This document shows, one piece after another, positions 13,775 through 23,142 of a stretch of 64,000 nucleotides of DNA. The notes under the pieces were generated by a model. That model searched no databases. It had not been told where the DNA came from and worked only from the letters and a program-made list of their open reading frames with translations. The DNA comes from Octopus vulgaris (taxonomy: Eukaryota): contig OX597830.1 of NCBI GenBank assembly GCA_951406725.2, positions 56,110,001-56,174,000 on the forward strand, given 5' to 3'. The first letter of the stretch is position 1, and every line of letters begins with the position of its first letter. The translations under genes were made by a program, and so were the position numbers.

Positions 13775-14140
13775 TCTCTATATATATAAACGGCAAAATG
13801 TCTGTGTGTGTGTGTCCTTTATACAAATCCACAATTTTTCAGTTAGAGGGCTCGCACTTTCTATGGTCATTCAAAACCGTCCAAGGGTGGTTGTGCACAT
13901 CTTTACATTTCCTCAGTCACCACACAAAGCCATTAAAAAATCAATAGAAGTGACTTTTTTGTGAATTTTCTATCCAAAACTCAATCAAAATGCCCAAAAC
14001 TTGATACGCCAATTGAATGCCAGCTAGCTGTATGTGATTGGTCGGAGATTTGGACAGTACTTGCGTGTATGTGCGCACATACACAGCTGTATATGCATGC
14101 ACTAGCACTATGACCCTGCAACGCTGGGTCATAGTGCTAG
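13775..14140 (+). mobile_element. Non-autonomous Helitron, copy 1 (~366 bp)
   Basis: 5' A|TCTCTATATATATAAA; subterminal hairpin actagcactatgaccc..gggtcatagtg; 3' CTAG|T; no TSD. Confidence 0.85.
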
Positions 14141-14266
14141 TTCATTATAATTTATTTATTTAAACGATTTAAATTAAAGTTTTTCTGTTCTGTTTTCAGG
14201 TTGGCATTCTCAGATGCCGTTATACAAGGCATCTCTTGGAAGTGACTGGATTATAATCTACCTACT
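14141..14266 (+). pseudogene. Degenerate copy of the ankyrin-DHHC intron 1 end and the first 67 nt of exon 2, inside a LARP7 intron
   Basis: 14200-14266 matches 32845-32911 with 7 differences in 67 nt. The upstream tract ttttctgttctgttttcAG matches tttttgttctgtttccAG at 32826-32844. Confidence 0.88.
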
Positions 14267-14395
14267 GAAGCATGTCTTTGACAATTCCAGAGCACACTGA
14301 ACTTATTTTGTGGATGAATTTTGGTCCTTCCTGTACACATACAAATATATATTGTAAAAAATGGATAAAGTGACAAACCTGAAGAAAAGTCTCAC

Positions 14396-14496
14396 CTGCA
14401 GCATGGAAGACGTTGACAATGCTTTACGTATGACAGTCAGGTCTTCAGTGTGGGACTTGATACGATTAAATGTTAAAAATAAAGACAAATCAATAT
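14396..14496 (-). CDS. LARP7: LARP7 coding exon 3, La motif (YIDLSLFLTFNRIKSHTEDLTVIRKALSTSSMLQ)
   Basis: Phase-1 join T+AT=Tyr; FN(R/K)(I/M)K motif; donor CAG|GTGAGA; 101 nt. Confidence 0.95.
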
Positions 14497-14579
14497 CTGA
14501 AAAACAAAGAAAAAAAAATAAAAGCATGAGTTAATTCCTTAGACTGATGTCACCTGGAAAATTCTAATCACAAAGGTAT

Positions 14580-15032
14580 TAACCGGCTTCTATGCCAGTG
14601 GCACTTAAAAGGCACCATTCGAGCGTGATCGTTACCAGCGTCGCCTTACTGGCACTTGTGCCCGTGCTAGTAGGGTGCCAAGAGCACCATCTGAGCATGA
14701 TTGTTGCCAGAGCAGCCAAATGGCTTCCGTGACAGTGGCATGTAAAAGGGCACCATTCAAGCGTGATCGTTACTAACGTCGCCTTACTGTCACCTGTGCT
14801 GGTGGCATGTGTAAAAAGATTTGAGCGAGGTCGTTGCCAGTACCGCCTGAATGGCACGTAAAAAGCACCCACTACACTCTTGGAGTGGTTGGCATTAGGA
14901 AGGGCATCCAGCTGTAGAAACTCTGCCAAATCAAGATTGGAGCCTGGTGCAGCCATCTGGTTCGCTAGCCCTCAGTCAAAATCGTCCAACCCATGCTAGC
15001 ATGGAAAGCGGACGTTAAACGATGATGATGAT
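14580..15032 (+). mobile_element. RTE LINE 3' tail copy
   Basis: Same family motifs and (gat)n tail. Confidence 0.85.
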
Positions 15033-16089
15033 TAATTAGTCTAATTTACAAATGATTATTAACCCTTTTTATAAATGTATTTCTAAAGATATAGACTGTC
15101 TATATGTTTCAATTAATTTGGAGAATAATTAAAAATTTTAAATGATTTAGCAAAATAACTGTTCTGTTGCTAATTAGCTGTTTGGAGCATAGGTGTAGGT
15201 GTGATTGCATGGTTAAGAAACTTGCTTCCCAACTATGTGATCGTGGGTTCGGTCACACTGTATGGCAGTTTGGGCAAGTGCCTTCTACTACAGCCTAAGG
15301 TTGACCAAAATCTTGTGAGTGGATTTGGTAGACGGAAACTAAAAGAAGTCCATTGTGTGTGTGTGTGTGTACTCTTGTCTAGACATCACATGATAATTGT
15401 AAATGAGTATTGTCATGATATAAGTGAGGTTGTTTGTTTCCAGTCTTGCCTGGAAAACATGCTTGCGATACAAGCAGTGACATTCATTTCCAATATTCTG
15501 CAAAACATGTCTGGCCATGGGGAAATATTACCTTCCTAAGAAGGTAAGGGTTGAGGACAGCAAGAGCATCTGGCTGTAGAAAATCTGCCTCAACAAGTTC
15601 CATTCGAACCATGCAAGCATGGAAAAGCGGATATTTGAATGAATCACGATCACCATTTTACACTTGTTTTCCATGCGGGAATAGTTTGGATGGTTTGACA
15701 GGAGCAGGCAAGTTTGAAGACTGCACCAAGTTCTGCTGTCTGCTTTGGAAATGGTTTCTATGGCTGGATGCCCATCCTAATGCCAGCCATTTAAAAGAGT
15801 GTACTGGGTGCTTTTAACATGGCACCAGCACCAGTGAGGTAACCAAATAACTTGCAAGAGAAAAACCACCCCAACTGAGGGGAAGGTAGCTTTGTGCCAG
15901 CCGATGAGAAATTAGAGTATGACAGAGAGGCAGAAACAAATGTCTTGAAGCAGAAGAGTTATATGGCTATGCAAGTATAGATAGATAGATAGAGAGAGAG
16001 GGGGGAGGGAGAGAGGGGAAGAGAGGGAAGGAGAGAGAGAGAGAGTAAAAAGCAGGAAAATTCAAATAGAAAAACAAAACTCAACTTAC

Positions 16090-16168
16090 ATCCATCTTTG
16101 TCTTTATCAATTTGCTTTTTGAAAAAACGATCTTTGTGTAAATTTGAATTACTGAAGTAGAACTCCAT
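16090..16168 (-). CDS. LARP7: LARP7 coding exon 2, La motif (MEFYFSNSNLHKDRFFKKQIDKDKDG)
   Basis: Q-x-EFYFS-x-x-NL-x-KD-x-F is the La-motif signature. Acceptor ttcAG|, donor T|GTAAGT; 79 nt. Confidence 0.95.
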
Positions 16169-16489
16169 CTGAAGTTAAAAAGAACAACAAAAATACAAAA
16201 ACAATCTATTAGTATTATGAATGCTGATGCATTAAATCATAGACAAGTCCACACCATTCTCACCCCTCTCCCCGTATACACACACACCCACAGTTTTGCA
16301 AACATAAATTTTGGCACAAGACCAGAAAATTCATGGGAGTAGGTAAGTCAATTATATAGACCCCAGTGTTCAACTGGTACTTATTTTACTGATCCCATTC
16401 AAAACAGGCCTGATATGTGGTTCCAGCAAAATGAGGCAACTGCTCATACCACAAGAGAGGGCAGTTGCTGAGGCTATGCTTTGGAGAAA

Positions 16490-16730
16490 GAATCATTTCT
16501 TGCTGTCATCGCATTCCCCAGACTTGACCAGCCCTACCTTCTTCTTGTTGGGGTACCCAAAGGGGAAGGCTTATGTCAACAAACCAGAAACCCTGGAGTA
16601 ATTTGAAGGAGAATATCACTAGAGAAATCAGGGAAATGGACCTTGAAAAAACACACAACTATCAAGGAACATATTTTGGAAAGGGCACAGATGTGTGGAG
16701 CTGAAAATGGACATCATTTAAAAGATACTT
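16490..16730 (+). mobile_element. Tc1/mariner transposase C-terminal relic
   Basis: HSPDLT..FFLLGYxKGKAYVNKPETLE...NGHH. Confidence 0.7.
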
Positions 16731-16774
16731 TTCATATATAATGCAGAGTTATGATGAAAAAGGATTAATACAGA

Positions 16775-17146
16775 CTAGCATTATGACCCGGCAATGCCGG
16801 GTCATAGTGCTAGTGCATGCATATACAGCTGCGAGCGTGCACACATACACGCAAGTACTGTCCAAGTTTCCGACCAATCACATACACCTAGCTGGCATTC
16901 AATTGGCGTATCAAGTTTCGGGCATTTTGATTGGGTTTTGGATAGAAAATTCACAAAAAAGTCACTGCTATTGATTTTTTAATGGCTTTGAGGGGTGACT
17001 GGGGAAATGTAAAGATGTGCACGACCACCCTTGGACGGTTTTGAATGACCATAGAAAATGAAAGCCCTCTAACTGAAAAATTGTGGATTTGTATAAAGGA
17101 TACACACACACACAGACAGACATTTTGCTGTTTATATATACAGAGA
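16775..17146 (-). mobile_element. Non-autonomous Helitron, copy 2, inverted relative to copy 1
   Basis: Reverse-complement match to 13775-14140 along its full length, with the same TC...CTAG termini between A and T. Confidence 0.85.
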
Positions 17147-17717
17147 TCACTCTCCATTATCTCCTCTATATTGAATTAAAATTTCATACGCCTGTTTGTA
17201 AAAATAAGAGAGTTATCAAAAATTAAAACCCCTCAGTGACTTTTGGCTCACCCTGAATACACACACACACATATACATATAAACATATCAAACATCATTA
17301 GTTATTATGATTATTTAGGTGTTAAACCATAAACAAGACACATCACTAAATCTGTTGGAAATAGCAGCTAAATTTCTATAAATCATATCACATTGTTATA
17401 AAGAAAGGAAGGATAAACTAGATAATGTAGTTCTAGATATACTGTGTTTGAATAAAAGACAGGATGCTCATAGTTGGAACATCTTTCATAATTGGTTTGC
17501 CCTGAGGATGAACAACTAATGGTAGGAAGGATACATCATATAGTGTAGTTCTAGACATACTGTGTTTGAATAAGAAAACAGGCTGGTGTCATTTATGACC
17601 ATACCTCTGCAGGATCTAGACTGACCTGTGGTTAAACTACGATAGCAGCCCAAAGTAGGCATTGACCCAGTTACACAGTAGCAATTTGTAATTTAGGAGA
17701 GGTTCCACACGTATTAC

Positions 17718-17795
17718 CTGTTCTTTTATTTTAACACAAAGAGCCTTCACACGTTTCTTGGCTGGTTTTTTCTCTTCACTCTGGACCGATTCCAT
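17718..17795 (-). CDS. LARP7: LARP7 coding exon 1 (start codon; MESVQSEEKKPAKKRVKALCVKIKEQ)
   Basis: Acceptor ttctgtAG|AC-ATG (exon starts at 17797, so a non-coding 5' exon lies further right). Donor CAG|GTAATA, phase 0. Peptide matches the basic N-terminus leading into the La motif. Confidence 0.85.
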
Positions 17796-18321
17796 GTCTA
17801 CAGAAAAGAAAAAGACAACAAATTGATTAACCAACAAACCTCTAAGAAATCAACAGATTTGAAACATTTTGTCATTTAACTTTAACACAATTATAGGTAC
17901 AGACATGGGTATGTGGGTAAGAAGCTTGCTTCCCAACTGCATGGTTTCAGGTTCAGTTCCACTGCATCATCTAGGGCAGGTGTCTTCTTTATTTCATTCA
18001 GAAGTGAATTTGCATTCAATTGAAATTCAGGACCCAGGATGAGATTTTAGCTTGTCACATTCATACAAACTGTAGAGAGTGGTTAGTAGTCTTGTATCTT
18101 AACCTCACAATCATTGAGTTTTCAATATATCAATGTACAGGCATGACATGTAGGCTTGCGTTTAATCCTACTGCACGACGTCTAAGATACGTGTCTTCTA
18201 TTATAGCCCCAGGCTTATCAAAGTCTTGTGAATGAGATAATCTATGTGGAAGTCCACTGTGTGTGTGTATGTGCATGCATGTGTGTGTGTGTACGTATGT
18301 ATGTATGTGTATATATATATA

Positions 18322-18725
18322 CATTCTCTCATATTTCACTCTCTCCCTCTCAAACCTTGAACAACCATCATACACTATCTTCCTCCAACCATCACGGTCT
18401 TGTGCCTCCCTCTTCCAATTACCAGCTGCAATTCCTATCTGTATTAGAGCATTTTTAAGGCAATCCTTAAACCTTAGTTTAGGCATATGTGCTGGTCTCT
18501 TGCCATCTTCCAGCTCATCATACAATGGCTGCTTGGGCAGTCGCTCATCACTTATCCTTACCAAATGCCCCCCCCCCCTCAAACGTCTTTGCAAAATCAT
18601 TGACTCTATACTTCTACTGCCACTCCTCTCAAGCACCTCCACATTACTAATGGCCATTTTCCAGTTTATCCCCCAAATTTTTCTCAGACGGTATTGATGA
18701 AATAGTTCTAATTGCCTTATCTGCC
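18322..18725 (-). mobile_element. RTE/BovB-like LINE C-terminal fragment
   Basis: LELFHQYRLRKI..SIESMILQRRLR..GHLVR..RLPK..PKLRFKDCLK. Confidence 0.85.
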
Positions 18726-18727
18726 TG

Positions 18728-19047
18728 CGGTCATGAATGACCATGGTATTGCACCTATAAAGTTACCCTCCAACAAGTCCGGGCAAGGCTGCTTATGGAA
18801 GACCAGCAGTCACCCATGCATACCAGCCTCCCTCTCCATGCCACCAGTGTTATCCAAGGGAAAGGCAAAAGCTGAAACAGCTTGGCACCTGTGACATTGC
18901 AACTCCTTTCTACAGCTAAGTGAACTGAAGCAACGTGAAATAAAGTGTCTTGCTCAAGAACACAACACACAGTCCGGTTCGGGAATTGAACTCACAACCT
19001 CACGATCGTAAGCTTAACGCCCTAATCACTGAGCCATGTGCCTTCAC
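18728..19047 (-). mobile_element. tRNA-derived SINE (second copy at about 3289-3615, minus)
   Basis: Minus-strand head ggcacatggctcagtgattagg..gagttcaattccc; body shared with 3300-3600. Confidence 0.75.
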
Positions 19048-19554
19048 TATACATATATCCATACATATACACATATATAGTCGTAGGAGTGACTATGTGG
19101 TAAGTAGCTTCCTTACCAACCACATGGTTCCGGGTTCAGTCCCACTACGTGGCACCTTGGGCAAGTGTCTTCTACCATAGCCTCTGGTCGACCAAAGCCT
19201 TATGAGTGGATTTGGTAGACGAAAACTGAAAGAAGCCCGTTGTATATATGTATTTATATATATGCATGTGTGTGTGCCTATGTTTGTCCCCACAACATCG
19301 CTTGACAACCGATGCTGGTGCGTTTACGTCCCCGTAGCGGTTCGGCAAAAGAGATCAATAGAAGTATTAGGCTTCCAAAGAATAAGTCCTGAGGTTGATT
19401 TGCTCGACTAGAGGCGGTGCTCCAGCATGGCCACAGTCAAATGACTGAAACAAGTATAAGAGTATACATATATATATATATATATACATATATATACATA
19501 CATATATATGCATACATGCATATATATTTTTCCGATGGCCGGATAACTGACGAG

Positions 19555-21264
19555 ATGGCAATGAGTACACTAAAGAATTCAGGGTAGAGGTAGGGGTCCA
19601 CCAGGGTTCAGTCCTCAGCCCCCTCCTATTTATCATAGTCCTCCAGGCAATAACGGAGGAATACAAGACAGGATGCCCCTGGGAACTCCTCTATGCTGAT
19701 GACCTTGCTCTAATTGCTGAGTCACTATCAGAACTAGAGGAGAAGTTTCAAGTGTGGAGACAAGGATTAGAATTGAAGGGCCTTAGAGTCAACCTAGCTA
19801 AAACCAAAGTCCTAATAAGTAGGAAGGCAGGCAAGCCACAAATCCCTTCAGGTTGATGGCCCTGCTCGATCTGTAGTAGAGGCATAGGTAGAAACTCTAT
19901 AAGATGTACCCAGTGTAAGCTATGGACACATAAGAGGTGCAGCAATATCAAAGGAAGGCTAACTGGGAAGATAGTTTTTGTATGTGGCAGATGCTCGGGA
20001 GCAATAAACTCTGAAAATGTGCAGAGAGCAACTTCCGCCATATTCCAGGGAGGAAAACTAGAAGTAGTTGATAGCTTCCGTTACCTAGCTGACAAAGTTA
20101 GTAGCGGAGGAGGGTGCACTGAAAGTGTAGCTGCTAGAATAAGAATAGCTTGGGCAAAGTTCAGAGAGCTCTTACCTCTGCAGGTGACAAAGGGCCAGTC
20201 GCTCAGAGTAAAAGGTAGACTGTATGATGCATGTGTACGAACAGCCATGCTACATAGCAGTGAAACATAGGCCATGACTGCTGAGGACATGCATAAGCTC
20301 GCAAAGAATAAAGTCAGTATGATCCGATGGATGTGTAATGTCAGTGTGAATACTCAACAGAGTGTAAATACCTTGAGAGAAATGTTGGATCTAAGAAGCA
20401 TTGGATTGGTGTGCAAAAGAGACGACTGCACTGGTATGGTCATGTGGCGTGAATGGATGAGGATAGCTGTGTGAAAAAGTGTCACACCCTAGCGGTTGAG
20501 GGAACCTGTGGAAGAGGTAGACCCAGGAAGACCTGGGATGAAATAGTGAAGCACGACCTTCGAACTTCAGGCCTCACCAAGGAAATGACTAGCGACCGAG
20601 ACTTTTGTAAATATGCCAAATGAGACCATAATCTTGTGGCCTATGCCAGGGGCATAACCAGTCCACTTATGCATATCTTTTCCTTCTTTGGACACTAAAA
20701 CTCTGCTTGCGAAGACCTGTTGAGGCAAGTGAAATCAAAATCAAATTTGATGACTGGCGTCCATGCTAGCAGGGTGCAAATAGCACCATATGAGTGTGAT
20801 CATAGACAGAGCGGTTAACTGGCTTCCGTGCCAATGACACTTAAAAGGCACCATTCAAGTGTGATCGTTACCAGCGTCGCCTTACTAGCACCCGAGTCCC
20901 GTGCTAGTAGGGTATTAAGAGCACCATCTGAGCGTGATCGTTGCCAGAGCGGCTATCTGGCCTCCGTGCCGGTGGCATGTAAAAGACATTATTCGAGCGT
21001 GATCGTTACCAGCATCGCCTTACTGGCACCTGTGCCGGTGGCATGTGTAAAAGATTCGAGCGAGGTCGTTGCCAGTACTGCCTGACTGGCCCCGTGCTGG
21101 TGGCACGTAAAAGCACCCACTACACTCTCGGAGTGGTTGGCGTTAGGAAGGGCATCCAGCTGTAGAAACTCTGCCAAATCAAGATTGGAGCCTGGTGCAG
21201 CCCTCAGTCAAAATCGTCCAACCCATGCTAGCATGGAAAGCGGACGTTACATGATGATGATGAT
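19555..21264 (+). mobile_element. 5'-truncated RTE-clade LINE: RT core with inserted PHD finger, C-terminus, tandem-repeat 3' UTR and (GAT)n tail
   Basis: VGVHQGSVLSPLLF, LLYADDL, VVDSFRYL and RIRIAWAKFRELLP motifs; in-frame stops at 19854 and 20268; 3' end ...ccatgctagcatggaaagcggacgtt-(gat)n. Confidence 0.92.
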
Positions 21265-21732
21265 ATACATATGCATAATAATGCATATATATATATATGC
21301 ATATGCATAATATGTGATACTTGAACGATCTTTCAATTGAACAAGTGTATGAATAAATGAATATATATAAATGTATGAACGTTTAAATCATATATATAAG
21401 CAATGATAAATCTCTGAGCTGAGTGAGGTATAAACAGTAGCTGCACCTAAATCATTTGCCACCCAAATGTGGCTAACCCTTAAGGGTCATAAATACATAT
21501 GCTCTTTTCATAAAGTTAAAAATCAACAAATATAGATTCACAGATCTGCTTATCTAGCGGTGAGATGGACTTACAAATACTATTAATGTATGTGCGTGTT
21601 TTTGTGTTTGCCTCTGTGTGCGTATATGCAGACAGGTAGATAGATAGATGCACACACAGCTCTCTAAATTACATTGCTTGTATAGCGGTTTCGCTCGAAT
21701 TCTTGCAGTTCAAAGACCAACGAAAGGTACTA

Positions 21733-21990
21733 CTTGAGAACAGTGGTCCCGGTGCGCGCACTCGCGCCAGCCAGTTGTGACTAGTCGATCCTACAACAAC
21801 TACCTAGCAAAGTAAATATAACACAAAATAAATAATTTTTTTACACAAGTAAATAATTATTTTAAAACTAAGTAAATAAAACACAAAAATACAAAGTAAA
21901 TAACACACAAAAACACAAAGTAAGGATCGACTAGTCACGACTAGCTAGCGCGGATGCGCGAGTGCGCGCACCGGGACCACTGTTCTCAAG
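21733..21990. mobile_element. MITE with ~60-bp GC-rich terminal inverted repeats, flanked by TA
   Basis: cttgagaacagtggtcccggtgcgcgcactcgcg... and ...cgcgagtgcgcgcaccgggaccactgttctcaag; A-rich interior. Confidence 0.8.
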
Positions 21991-22199
21991 TAAAACATCA
22001 CACACACACATTCTCCTTATTAATATATACACATATATATATCATTTCACTCGGTGACAGTGTAAAGAGTTAAGAGACACTCAACCATACAATCGAACAA
22101 GTCAGACATAGCAGATCCACTCCTAATTCAGCCTCTGTGATGTGTTGAGAAAGTTTCCAGCAGTAAAAGACAAACAGTTTACCATTAAGTTTGAAAACA

Positions 22200-22620
22200 G
22201 CGTGGCTTGACAGATAATAAATACTGGTCCGGCTTCAACGTAGCTCTGCAACTAAACGACTATTTAGACGTTGCAGTGATTGTAATGGTGTTCTAAGTTA
22301 CCCTTACGGGTAATTTAGAAAAGGGTTAATGTATGTGTGCGTGTATAAACGGGTAGACGTAGCTAGGGGTGCGAGATATAAGAAGACGATCATCCATTAA
22401 TGTTAACGGGAGGAAGTTTCTCTAACGACTGTTGTGTGTTGCAAGACGGACTGGGAGAGACTCGCTTTGTAACGTGGCTTGCGATTGGTTAATTCTGACC
22501 AATGCGCTGAATCGTTGTATACAATTATGACGTTTTTCTCCTAGTAATGTGACGGAGCAGCGTGCTGGAAGCAGTGGTTCAATCCCGACTCGTGAAAGGC
22601 CGCAGCGCTAAAAGCTGCTG
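22200..22620. promoter_or_regulatory. Probable bidirectional promoter shared by LARP7 (-) and the DHHC gene (+)
   Basis: Locally CpG-richer, repeat-free stretch between divergent genes. Opposed CCAAT boxes (ATTGG 22484-22488, CCAAT 22499-22503), GGAAGT Ets-like site at 22412-22417, TGACGT CRE-like site at 22528-22533. Transcription start sites cannot be determined from sequence. Confidence 0.55.
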
Positions 22621-22970
22621 ATCTTATGATAGAAGAACAGAGTGGTAGATCTAAATAGAGAGACACAGAGATAAGGAGACGAGACAGAACGTGACGAAAA
22701 GAGCGAGTAGGCTACAGACAAAGCCATATATATACATAAACATATTTATATATATTTATACACACATACACATAAATATACGTACACGCAGATACACACA
22801 CGTCTCTCAGAAGTTTCCTTATTTCAAGAAGGAGAAAAAGAGAAACATATAAAGATATATCTATATATATGTCAAGATGTTTCGTAAATGTCAACGTTAG
22901 CTAGCTAGAATGGTGCTTATTGCTACGTGAAGTTGTAAAGTCAAGTGTTAACTGAAGGAAATCTGGTGAA

Positions 22971-23142
22971 ATGGCAACAGTTTCCAGTCGAATGGATCGT
23001 CACGAGGAATTAGTCAATGCAAAGGATGCTGTTGGCAATACATCAGCAGAATATTCCATGTTGATGCATGGAATCAACACTTGTGCTGCCCCTCTTGTAC
23101 ATCAAATAGTTCGACAGAACCCTCAATTAGTCCATCAGAAAG
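22971..23142 (+). CDS. Ankyrin-repeat DHHC palmitoyltransferase (ZDHHC13/17/Akr1-like), exon 1
   Basis: ATG at 22971; MATVSS...LVHQKG; donor G|GTCAGT, phase 1, joins in frame to exon 2. Confidence 0.82.
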
